From Clostridiales bacterium (GTDB lineage: Bacteria; Bacillota; Clostridia; Oscillospirales; CAG-382), in the NCBI GenBank assembly GCA_003343885.1, contig QAKH01000079.1:60607-124606 (forward strand): a DNA stretch of 64,000 bases, read 5' to 3'. Below, piece after piece: positions 10,601-18,045 of this stretch; position 1 is the first letter of the stretch; every line of letters begins with the position of its first letter. The notes below the pieces were generated by a model. It was not told the DNA's origin. It did not search any database and saw nothing but the letters and a program-made list of their open reading frames with translations. Both the position numbers and the translations under genes were made by a program.

Positions 10601-13600
10601 CGCGTATCTGGAAGAATAATGTTTCGCTGAGTGCCGACGGCTCGATCACGAGCGGCTCGAAATGGAGGCTCGGCAACGACGGCTCCGGCGCGCTGGCTTC
10701 GGGCAATATCTCGTGGGACACATACGGCAACGTTACATTCGGGACTTCCGTGTCGCTCCAGTGGACCAGTGCCGCCAATACAGCGCTGGCTTCGGCCAAG
10801 ACATATGCCGATACGAAGAAGAGCGAAGCCGTGAGCGTCGCAGCGGCTGATGCCACGTCGAAAGCTGAGGCAGCCAAGGAACTGGCACGTGCCATGGCAT
10901 TCGGCAAGATGCTCTACCGCGTGCCGGAGTTTTTTCTTGACGGCAGTGTCCACTACAACGGTACGGGCAATTACCTGCCGCAAACTGTGCATCGCACCAT
11001 CGAGCGTGTCGCGGGCTGCCCGAATTCTACGGGCTACGCTCTCAAGTACACCGCTACGGCGTGGAACTCTGCCTCCGATCTGCGCATCGGAGGTTTCCTC
11101 TTCGGCAATGCCTCGCGCGCCAATGCGGTTTTCATCGTACGTATCATCGCGCAGATTCCCATAGGCCGCACCTTGCAGAACTACCACAACGCCTACGGCA
11201 ACGGAGGTACGAGCCGGTGGCTGACCTCCCAAGCCGGCACGGACAAGTGGGAAGAGTACATCTGCAAGGTCGTCTGCGGCAAAGATGGTTCTTTCAGCAC
11301 GGTCAACCATTTCGCCCTCACAGGCGGCAGTACCCCCACCTCTGCAGCACCCGTGGTGTGGTACATCGCCTACGCTACGGTCTTCGATGTCACGGCCTCT
11401 GAGGGCTACATCACGACGCTCGACGCCAACGGTATCTATACAGGTACGCTAACAACGCAGCAGGTCAATGCCGTGGCAATCTCCGCGGCGAGCATCAAGA
11501 CCGGAACGCTTTCGGCGGACCGTCTGGCTGCCGGAAGCATCAAAGCGGATAAGCTCGACGCGGGAAGTATCAAGACAGACATCATCAACGCCTCCTATAT
11601 CAACGGTCTGGAGCTTACCTTCTCGCGGGGTAAGATCGGCGGCTGGACAATAGGCGCCACGTCGCTCTCGGGAGGAAATATTTTACTTGACAGCAACACT
11701 AAACGGTTGGTCGTCTATGGGGCGAATTCCGGCGTGGGGACGGGCAAACGCGTGCAGATATACTACAATTCGGACAAGGACTTCGGCTTCTTTGCCACGA
11801 ACGCGGCGGGAACGTGTATCGCTCAGTTCGGCGCTGCCAATACGGTTGCCGGGTGGAACATCGAGACTTCACGCATCTGGAAAAACAACGTTTCGCTGGG
11901 TGCTGACGGGTCCATTACGAACGGCTCGAAATGGAAACTGAACAATGATGGTTCAGGGTCGATTGCCTCGGGCAATATTTCATGGAACGCCTCCGGTGCT
12001 GTAACCTTCTCTTCGTCTGTGTCGCTTCAGTGGAAGAACGACATCGAAACGGCCAAGAGCGCCAACTATGGCTACCGCTATTATAAACAGGTCATCATCA
12101 ACGGCGAAGAAACGAAATATTATCCCGTTATTTTCAAGGGCGGAGACCAGACCGTGCAGCGCGACATCATGATCCGGCGTGCTTACCACGAACTGGCACC
12201 GGACACATGGTACAGCCCGACGCACAAAGGGGGGCTGAACCTTCTGATCAAAACGAACTTCGGCGGTTGGGGCGGTGTAGAATACGGATGGGATATTTAT
12301 GATCTTCAAGAGAGTTACTGTCGTATGTTCGGCGGTGCGGGACATTGCGGCAATTACTGCATGTTTGCCGTGTTCCTGCGCGGCGGAGGCACTACGGGCG
12401 CCGTATACCACCTCTACTCGGACCAGCCCATCGAGAGCTCTTCCATGAGTCCTTCGCCGATTCCTCCGGCACCGCAGATCGCCTACAACTCGGACCTGAT
12501 CTTCCAGAGCGGCACCTCGATGGCTTACGCTGCGGCACCGCGCACGCTTACGGCTGCCGTCGAGGAGGAGATTCGCCGCCACCGCTTCATTGCGCTGGCA
12601 CAGGGATCCGACACTACGCTCAAGGAACACCCGCTGACCTACATTGGTTCCACGGGTATATACACAGGCACCATCCGCGCCAACCAGATTCAGGTCGATT
12701 CCGCACTCGTCGTGGGCGGCAGTACCTATAACGGCAGTATCTCGGTTCGTAACGCCAGCAATACGGTCAAGGTTACGCTTGACCGCACAGGCATTACAGC
12801 CGTAGGCGGCAAGATCGGTGGCTGGACCCTTACCTCCTCGTCGCTCTATGCAGGAGCTGTATATCTAAGCTCTACGGGTAATATTTATAACGGTTCTTAC
12901 TGGCGTCTGTCGGCCAATGGTTCGGGATACCTTGCCAAGAACAACATCTCGTGGACGGCGGCCGGCGTGCTTACGATGAAAGGCGCGACGATACAGGATG
13001 CCATTATCAAGGGCACCTTGCGCAGCCCCTTCGTGAAGGTCGACGATTCGATCTGGGTCGATGTGGGCGGCAGCAGCTCTTCGACGAACAAACCCGATGC
13101 GGACAAGTACGATAACATCTGCATCATGGCGGGACAGGACTCGGGAGGTTGGAATATCGGGCAGCCGGAACTGCCATGGGATGTGAGCCAGTCGGGCCGC
13201 CGTCTTTGCTTGACACACTATCGCTACGGCAGCGAGTATGTCTACGGCACGAGTACCTTCACGGCACCTGCGGGAAAATATTTTTACGAGAACGGACGTC
13301 TGGCCTCGAAACTCAACATGTCGCGCCAAGTCGTAGAGCTGATAGGCTTCGGCACCTCTTCGACCTTCTACGGATGGATCGTGCTGAACCGCCGCGATCT
13401 TGGCACCACGTCCCAATACGGCGAATACATGCAATACCTGGCCATGGGGTCCGTAACGCTCAATTCCACGAGCAGCCTCACGCTCCGACAGAAGACCTAT
13501 GACGGCAGCAAGGTTACGGTACGCCGTACGGGAGCGGGACTCTTTACTGTGGGATTACCGTGGACTTTGTCCGTGAACAAATACATGGTCATGCTCTCGG

Positions 13601-13749
13601 GCAAGACAAGCCCCGTGCAGAGCACGCCGATCTATGCCACCGTGAAGAACCAATACTCGACCTCTTTTATTGTACAGACACAGGATGACGCCTCGGCCAA
13701 CGACGGATCGTTCAACTTCGTCATCATCTCTACGGCCGATTTCACATAA
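7615..13749 (+). CDS. Giant tail fibre / host-recognition protein (2044 aa)
   Basis: The ATG at 7615 overlaps the upstream TGA (TGATG). It has a short collagen-like run (GEKGDPGKPGKDG). The motif GGWT-x-...W(R/K)L...GSG...GNISW...VTF recurs, and two 203-aa paralogous modules are present. It is Ser/Gly/Thr-rich, as fibres typically are. Confidence 0.8.
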   Translation: MAKVDYPIYKIRRDPHSKKVQSLAVGDVVRRSYYDAPRQVYSLMVVLDTGTETIGNAEVPYFTGALIEGDEPRGEELLDFVRITNLFDTQRSGALYLTASDSDAPYMDVIDSLGSDFSLLYPTMGGGDQYAADRSRYAMQGESYLTETYTQSEGNVSRIYRLTRTSYEGTGKYGLKMVPEETVKAPERILVSFRIRASETLENIPVTFGYTDGSQSDYSDTLDADTQWEYRLAVFTVDYSKLYQRAFEIDLTGRLAQESWLEIAELNVVRLSDLGAFAQAVKGRIGNIRGIVDSVFGTLEDYGAYFKNLYASGNVHIAGTLTAADEQGFGSTFYVGRIHRNSFPNSLHPAFHTKYEAFPDGSPTGIGGYCHISSGTSLLEVLDEVWARDHQGQRYCFSFWARTSSPHTLTVGHAHQPQVSIDLTRQWQRFHYSFCVERVQGSKPTFSFTKGKGFYFAAPQLEPGSRPTPYQPTDGVLRDTDEYGAWFARGGIGGTIQHPLLRLDDDGSVRAGDDSFVINSDGTGHFASGRFRWTADTIALQDFTIRWEDLSEEARENLKGEKGDPGKPGKDGVLPDWVADWDSGKTVIDGSSIITPKIFAGVRNSDGTITGVALGRYELLSRNEAGQFQSETIDGLYGFHSGQQTFAIDTTGSVTFGRGEESIRYDASTGKISFGKTVSMQWIGATYIDKDGLFTGTLSADTVRTIVLDAGQITAGVIDAERLNVDELKARLLTAENIEALTLDVERGTIGGWTIDSEAIFRGAKNNTPGGYTAGPGAMTLSSNGLRGYRWRLESSGAGALAGGNILWDDSGKVTFSEAVSLQWTAPLEAITETLEKEVSPRLTHITSEGIYTGTLTAAQVNAAALDAGSIRTGTLSADRLAAGSIKAEKLDAASIRADIINVAYISGLELNFTRGRIGGWTVGASTLASSHILLDSGNRRVAVYGAGGSSTAGHRVQIYYNSDRDFGLWASDASGTRVAALGSMNQIAGWNIEASRIWKNNVSLSADGSITSGSKWRLGNDGSGALASGNISWDTYGNVTFGTSVSLQWTSAANTALASAKTYADTKKSEAVSVAAADATSKAEAAKELARAMAFGKMLYRVPEFFLDGSVHYNGTGNYLPQTVHRTIERVAGCPNSTGYALKYTATAWNSASDLRIGGFLFGNASRANAVFIVRIIAQIPIGRTLQNYHNAYGNGGTSRWLTSQAGTDKWEEYICKVVCGKDGSFSTVNHFALTGGSTPTSAAPVVWYIAYATVFDVTASEGYITTLDANGIYTGTLTTQQVNAVAISAASIKTGTLSADRLAAGSIKADKLDAGSIKTDIINASYINGLELTFSRGKIGGWTIGATSLSGGNILLDSNTKRLVVYGANSGVGTGKRVQIYYNSDKDFGFFATNAAGTCIAQFGAANTVAGWNIETSRIWKNNVSLGADGSITNGSKWKLNNDGSGSIASGNISWNASGAVTFSSSVSLQWKNDIETAKSANYGYRYYKQVIINGEETKYYPVIFKGGDQTVQRDIMIRRAYHELAPDTWYSPTHKGGLNLLIKTNFGGWGGVEYGWDIYDLQESYCRMFGGAGHCGNYCMFAVFLRGGGTTGAVYHLYSDQPIESSSMSPSPIPPAPQIAYNSDLIFQSGTSMAYAAAPRTLTAAVEEEIRRHRFIALAQGSDTTLKEHPLTYIGSTGIYTGTIRANQIQVDSALVVGGSTYNGSISVRNASNTVKVTLDRTGITAVGGKIGGWTLTSSSLYAGAVYLSSTGNIYNGSYWRLSANGSGYLAKNNISWTAAGVLTMKGATIQDAIIKGTLRSPFVKVDDSIWVDVGGSSSSTNKPDADKYDNICIMAGQDSGGWNIGQPELPWDVSQSGRRLCLTHYRYGSEYVYGTSTFTAPAGKYFYENGRLASKLNMSRQVVELIGFGTSSTFYGWIVLNRRDLGTTSQYGEYMQYLAMGSVTLNSTSSLTLRQKTYDGSKVTVRRTGAGLFTVGLPWTLSVNKYMVMLSGKTSPVQSTPIYATVKNQYSTSFIVQTQDDASANDGSFNFVIISTADFT
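10162..10770 (+). repeat. Intragenic fibre module, copy 1 (609 nt)
   Basis: GIYTGTLTAAQVNAAALDAGSIRTGTLSADRLAAGSIKAEKLD...VSLQWTS. It is the same length as the copy at 11431..12039 and roughly two-thirds identical at the aa level by eye. Confidence 0.8.
11431..12039 (+). repeat. Intragenic fibre module, copy 2 (609 nt)
   Basis: GIYTGTLTTQQVNAVAISAASIKTGTLSADRLAAGSIKADKLD...VSLQWKN. It is in frame and collinear with copy 1. Confidence 0.8.
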
Positions 13750-13818
13750 AAGATGAGCGCGGCTCAAACCATTGCCAGCCGTGCGCCCTAACCTTCGGTA
13801 AACAGCCAAAAAAGCAAT

Positions 13819-14148
13819 ATGGAGATCACCAGCACCATTGTCACGCGCACGGCCCGCCAGCAGACCGAGAAGGCAACTTTCGCTATCGAATATTCGACCG
13901 TCAACGGCACACTGCAACGCGTACAATTCAACATTTACTCTATGGCAAGCGATGCCGCCGCGGAAGAATACCGCGGAAACATCTATTTCGACGGAAACGA
14001 CTTCACCTGCAACCTTCCCTTTTCGGAAGAGATTCCGTACTACGTCGGTAAATCCATAGAGTTTATCCGGCAGATCGTCGAGGAGTGCACCGCGGCCGTA
14101 CCGGCCGCAACCTCGGATGTGCCGGCGCCCGCACGACAATCCAGATAA
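13819..14148 (+). CDS. Hypothetical phage protein (109 aa; candidate fibre accessory by position)
   Basis: ATG-initiated ORF immediately downstream of the giant fibre gene. No motif was recognised. Confidence 0.45.
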   Translation: MEITSTIVTRTARQQTEKATFAIEYSTVNGTLQRVQFNIYSMASDAAAEEYRGNIYFDGNDFTCNLPFSEEIPYYVGKSIEFIRQIVEECTAAVPAATSDVPAPARQSR

Positions 14149-14161
14149 CAAGATACAACGT

Positions 14162-14485
14162 ATGGAAATGACGATCAAAGACCGGCTTTACCTGCCGGCG
14201 CTACTGCCCGACAAGGGTAATTACAGGGAGTTCAACCTCAAGAAGGGCATTCTGCAGAAAATAGCCCTTACGGATGCCGAACGCGAGGCGGTGGGCCTGC
14301 ATCGTGTGGAGGAAACGGACCGCATAGAGTGGGACACGGACAAGGAGACGCCCCTTGTGGCGGACTTCTCACGCGAAGAACTCGACTACCTGCGGGAAGC
14401 GTGCGAGAAACTTTCGGAGAAGACCCTGCCGGATGACATGTGGGCCACAGTAGAGCGCATCTTCGATAACTGTCAGGCGGAGTAA
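14162..14485 (+). CDS. Hypothetical phage protein (107 aa)
   Basis: The ATG at 14162 (MEMTIKDRLYLP...) avoids overlap with the upstream ORF. The product is acidic and helical-looking. Confidence 0.45.
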   Translation: MEMTIKDRLYLPALLPDKGNYREFNLKKGILQKIALTDAEREAVGLHRVEETDRIEWDTDKETPLVADFSREELDYLREACEKLSEKTLPDDMWATVERIFDNCQAE

Positions 14486-14685
14486 ACAATCGTCGGGCGG
14501 AGTAACGAAAAAGGCAGGATCTTGCGGATTCCTGCCTTCTCGCGTTTGCGATCGTATGTTTTTTTCGAGCGATGCACTGTCCGCCGCAGATGCGCAGATT
14601 TGCCGTGTCGCTCGATCTCCGCCTCGCGGTCAGCCTTTCGGTGGGCTTTAAGGTAGTCTTGCTGTGTGATCTTAAATTTTTTCAT
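14473..14685 (-). CDS. Small highly basic protein (70 aa), antisense moron in the tail module
   Basis: MKKFKITQQDYLKAHRKADREAEIERHGKSAHLRRTVHRSKKTYDRKREK... is the only sensible part of the 314-aa antisense ORF. A canonical Bacteroidetes promoter lies about 60 nt upstream on the same strand. Confidence 0.45.
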   Translation of the reverse strand: MKKFKITQQDYLKAHRKADREAEIERHGKSAHLRRTVHRSKKTYDRKREKAGIRKILPFSLLRPTIVYSA

Positions 14686-14747
14686 ACGTCGAATATCAAA
14701 GTTACAACGGCGTGTCCTCCAATGGATATATTTATTCCCATGAATGA

Positions 14748-14778
14748 CAAATATAGCGCATCTCGGGGACAAAACAAA
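14748..14778 (-). promoter_or_regulatory. Bacteroidetes sigma-A-type promoter (-33 TTTG, 19-nt spacer, -7 TATATTTG)
   Basis: The reverse strand reads TTTG (14778..14775), then 19 nt, then TATATTTG (14755..14748). This matches the TTTG/TAnnTTTG consensus and points at the 70-aa ORF. Confidence 0.5.
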
Positions 14779-14871
14779 ATGCGACTTCTGTCCGCTCGGG
14801 TCCCGCTCCACTCCAAACACTTGTCCTGCTCGGTCACTATTCTTCAACCGAACGACATCACGATATGAAGC

Positions 14872-15549
14872 ATGGCACGGGAGGACATACTGGTCGACTC
14901 CACCTATGGAGAGCTGGTTACCGCGGACAATCCAGCGGGCAGAGTCATCTACGACTTCGTTTTGCTGGAAGAGGTCGCGGGTATGGATAACGAACACTAT
15001 GCCTACGGAGAGATTTCCCTCGCACAGGAGGCGGAGAGGCGCTACGACGAGGGCAGCAGTGTCCATGTGCGGATTCCCTATACGGCCGTTTACCTGCCTC
15101 TGCGCGTTCGCTTCCACATTGCGACGCCGGGAGGCGGGGAGCACTATATGGTAAATCCTGCGAACAATACGCCGTGGTTCGATGTGCAGCGTACCGGTGG
15201 CGTTGTCATACGCCTCTCGGAATATGCCGAGGTGAATGCGGACAGCCTCTTCCGCCTCGTGCGGCGAGGCGGCACACTGGAGCTCTATAGTGGTACGGAT
15301 ACGGACGTGCGCATCGGTGCGGCCCTGCGCCAGAACGAGGTCTTCCTGCTGAAAGCCTCTCCGGGAAGCCTCTACCAACACCCGACTACGGGCGTGGGAC
15401 TCATCGACTTCCTGCACGGCAACTTCGAGACGACGGGCCTCGCGGCACGGCTGCAGCGGGAGTTCGAGAACGACAGAATGATCATCAACAACGCATACAT
15501 GGATTCCGAAACGGGCGAGCTACTGCTCGACGTCACGGAGAAGGAATAA
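14872..15549 (+). CDS. Hypothetical phage structural protein (225 aa)
   Basis: ATG ORF with coding-like composition within the structural module. No motif was recognised. Confidence 0.55.
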   Translation: MAREDILVDSTYGELVTADNPAGRVIYDFVLLEEVAGMDNEHYAYGEISLAQEAERRYDEGSSVHVRIPYTAVYLPLRVRFHIATPGGGEHYMVNPANNTPWFDVQRTGGVVIRLSEYAEVNADSLFRLVRRGGTLELYSGTDTDVRIGAALRQNEVFLLKASPGSLYQHPTTGVGLIDFLHGNFETTGLAARLQREFENDRMIINNAYMDSETGELLLDVTEKE

Positions 15550-15561
15550 CAGATACACTCG

Positions 15562-16590
15562 ATGGGACGGTATACGGTAATCACAGGGCAGAACCTCTAT
15601 GACGTATCGCTCGACATCTACGGCTCGATCGAGGGCATCACGGACCTGCTGGTCTCGAACCCCCGGCTGTCGATGGCTTCGGAGCTGCACGCGGGCGACC
15701 GGCTGGACTACTCGGACGACTACCTCATAGATGCCGAGACGGCGGCCTACCTGCGGCGCGAGGGCATCACGCCCGCCAGCGGAGAGCGACGCGTTTATTT
15801 TCGGCAGACATCGCAGCCACGGCGTTTGGAGCTGTGCCTCCCTGCCGCAACATCCGGTGTGTTTTTCTCCCTCTCGGGCCGCGGAATGGCGGAGATCGAC
15901 TGGGGCGACAATGCGCCCCTGCAGACTGTGGGGCTGGAGGTACAGCCTGCGATCCTGCGCCACACCTTCGATAACAGCGTGGCCACGACGCGCATCGTAC
16001 GTCTTTATGGAGACATCGAACTTCGCGAGGCCGACCTCTCGGATCTCGAGGCACAGGAACTCCTGCTGCTGCGGCCTCTGCATGTCGAGGAACTCGCCCT
16101 GCGCTGGTGGCGGGCGCCGCTGAGCTTCCTGCCGCTTATGGAAGGTCTCTATGCCCTCGACCTGCGGGATGCCGTATGCGACGATCTGCGGCCGCTGATC
16201 GAGTGTCGCAACCTTATGCGCCTCGACCTGTCGAGCGCAGAGGTGCAGCGACAGGTGCTCGATGGGTGGCTCACGGATCTCGTGCGCAGACATTACGGCC
16301 GCCGCGCATGCCACGTGACGCTCTCCGTGCGTCCTTCGGGCGAGTACCGTGAACCGGCGCGTGACGAAGAGCTGAACTACATCCTCTCGTGCGGCATGGA
16401 GGCCGTATGGCTGCTGACGCACGAGGAGGCGTGGAACGAGGGCGCCCCATGGCGCTTTACAATCTGCGGCGAAGAGTATGTTTACGAAGCGGTACCGGAA
16501 CCAGAACCCGAGGAACCGGAACCAGAGCCAGAGCCAGAGCCAGAACCCGGACCTACACCTCCTCCGCATTCCGGCGGAGCGAACGATTAA
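15562..16590 (+). CDS. Phage tail protein with a LysM-like N-terminus, LRR-like middle and Glu-Pro repeat tail
   Basis: The N-terminus YTVITGQNLYDVSLDIYGSIEGITDLLVSNP resembles the LysM/gpX-type motif. The middle carries repeated L-x-x-L-x-L segments. The C-terminus is EPEPEEPEPEPEPEPEPGPTPPP. Confidence 0.6.
   Translation: MGRYTVITGQNLYDVSLDIYGSIEGITDLLVSNPRLSMASELHAGDRLDYSDDYLIDAETAAYLRREGITPASGERRVYFRQTSQPRRLELCLPAATSGVFFSLSGRGMAEIDWGDNAPLQTVGLEVQPAILRHTFDNSVATTRIVRLYGDIELREADLSDLEAQELLLLRPLHVEELALRWWRAPLSFLPLMEGLYALDLRDAVCDDLRPLIECRNLMRLDLSSAEVQRQVLDGWLTDLVRRHYGRRACHVTLSVRPSGEYREPARDEELNYILSCGMEAVWLLTHEEAWNEGAPWRFTICGEEYVYEAVPEPEPEEPEPEPEPEPEPGPTPPPHSGGAND
16495..16553 (+). repeat. Glu-Pro coding microsatellite (GAR-CCN repeats)
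   Basis: The sequence ccggaaccagaacccgaggaaccggaaccagagccagagccagagccagaacccgga is seen directly. Confidence 0.85.
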
Positions 16591-16603
16591 GCCACAGAAA
16601 ACG

Positions 16604-17521
16604 ATGAGCAGAACCATACGACAGATATACGAGGAAGCCGTTGCCGAGCGCAACAAACGTCTGGAACTTGCAGAATTTTCGAACGATTCGAAGATGTCGG
16701 TCATGAACGGCGTGGCATGGATGGTCGCGGCGCTGATCTACACCTTCGAGTCGATCCTCGATGTCTTTGCCGTGGATGTCTCCGAGACACTCGACAGCCG
16801 TATCAACGGCACGCCTCGCTACTACGCCGAGGCGCTGCTCAGGTATCAGAAGGGCGACACGCTCCGGGTGCGCGAGGACGGACTGGGGTTCGGCTATGCC
16901 AGCGAGGACCCCACGAAGCGTATCGTCACACAGGTATCCTATACCGAGAGTACGGACGACCGGAACGTGGACAGCAAGCTGATTCTGAAGGTCGCCACTG
17001 GGGAGCGCGGAATGCTGCGTGAGATCGAGGCCGAGGAGTTGATGCAAATCACGGCCTATGTGAACCGCATCAAGTTCGCCGGCACACGCATCGAGGTCAT
17101 CAGCCGTCCGGGCGACGTACTCATTCCCCGCGTTACAGTCTACTGGGACGGCGCGGTACCCGAGGCGGAGCTCTACGACGCTCTCGAGGCTGCGCTGGCC
17201 GAGTATGTCATGAACATAGACTTCGACGCTGCTATCTACGTCAACCGCGTATGGGAGGCGTTGCGACGAGTAGAACATGTCACGGATGTCTGGGCCGACG
17301 CCCGAGCCACACCCGCACAGGGACTCTTTCTCGCTTCGTACGACGGCGACGGACATCTGCAGCCCCCTCAGCACATAGAACGCATGACCCTTACCTCGTC
17401 GGGCTACGTGCGGGAATCTTCAGGCAAGGATGCCGAGGCAGAGCTTCCCACCTTCCGGCAGGCCCTAAAACTTGTAATAGACAACGGATGCGCTACAGAC
17501 TCCCCATCGACAGACTCGTGA
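16604..17521 (+). CDS. Baseplate wedge protein, gpJ/Mu gp47-like (by size and order)
   Basis: The ATG at 16604 gives 305 aa. It is followed by a ~185-aa gene and then a fibre gene, which mirrors the P2 J-I-H order. No catalytic motif is expected for this family. Confidence 0.45.
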   Translation: MSRTIRQIYEEAVAERNKRLELAEFSNDSKMSVMNGVAWMVAALIYTFESILDVFAVDVSETLDSRINGTPRYYAEALLRYQKGDTLRVREDGLGFGYASEDPTKRIVTQVSYTESTDDRNVDSKLILKVATGERGMLREIEAEELMQITAYVNRIKFAGTRIEVISRPGDVLIPRVTVYWDGAVPEAELYDALEAALAEYVMNIDFDAAIYVNRVWEALRRVEHVTDVWADARATPAQGLFLASYDGDGHLQPPQHIERMTLTSSGYVRESSGKDAEAELPTFRQALKLVIDNGCATDSPSTDS

Positions 17522-18045
17522 ACCGTCTGGTCCCGCACTACCTGCCGGGGCGGCGTTTCATACTTTGGGTGCAGAGCCTCGTATGGCCGCTGCAAACCTT
17601 GAACGACCGCTTCTGCGTGTGGGCACACGAGCGACGCATCGAGGCGGCCATGACCTCGCAGGTCTTCTATTTCGAGTGGTTCCTCAATCACCGCTTCGGG
17701 AGCTACTTCGCAGACGCTGCGCAGCGGATAACCATCTCGGAAGGGGCTGCCGTGGGTGTGGACCTCTACTTCGAGGATGCCCGCTACGGACGTCCCTTCA
17801 CCGTGTGGTTCGCGGGCGAGCAGGTTGCGGACACGGAGGAGGAAGCACCCCGGCGCATGTATCTCGAGGCCGAGGAGCGGGCCGTGCTACGCGCGAGCTT
17901 CACGGTCTGCGTGCCTGCCGTTACGCTTCCCGCCAGCGAGTTCGTACACATGCTCACGCACACCGTCGAGCGTTACCGCCTCGCCGGCAAGACCTACCTC
18001 GTCCGTATCGAGGACGGAAAAACGGAGACTCAAACCACACCATAG
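17488..18045 (+). CDS. Baseplate protein, gpI/Mu gp48-like (by size and order)
   Basis: The ATG at 17488 (MRYRLPIDRLVNRLVPHYLP...) gives 185 aa. Its stop overlaps the GTG start of the fibre gene. Confidence 0.4.
   Translation: MRYRLPIDRLVNRLVPHYLPGRRFILWVQSLVWPLQTLNDRFCVWAHERRIEAAMTSQVFYFEWFLNHRFGSYFADAAQRITISEGAAVGVDLYFEDARYGRPFTVWFAGEQVADTEEEAPRRMYLEAEERAVLRASFTVCVPAVTLPASEFVHMLTHTVERYRLAGKTYLVRIEDGKTETQTTP

Noticed and set aside
7522-11310. Long - strand ORFs (7522..9189, 9475..11310) inside the giant fibre gene
   Set aside because: They are antisense shadow ORFs in GC-rich sequence, Arg/Ala/Gly-rich. The + strand frame carries the repeated fibre motifs and continuous operon coupling.
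10162-12039. Diversity-generating retroelement (template/variable repeat pair) in the fibre gene
   Set aside because: No reverse transcriptase is in the window. Both copies are in-frame parts of the same gene and are 609 nt long. Their differences are spread over all bases and are not adenine-specific.
17565-18044. N-terminal 160 codons of the listed 1015-aa ORF (and similar upstream extensions of ORFs 27302, 5840, 7567, 16478, 17251, 36235 and 29238..30530)
   Set aside because: The extensions are Arg/Gly/Pro-rich and lie inside the preceding genes. Internal starts that create ATGA/TGATG/GTGA overlaps give sensible N-termini.
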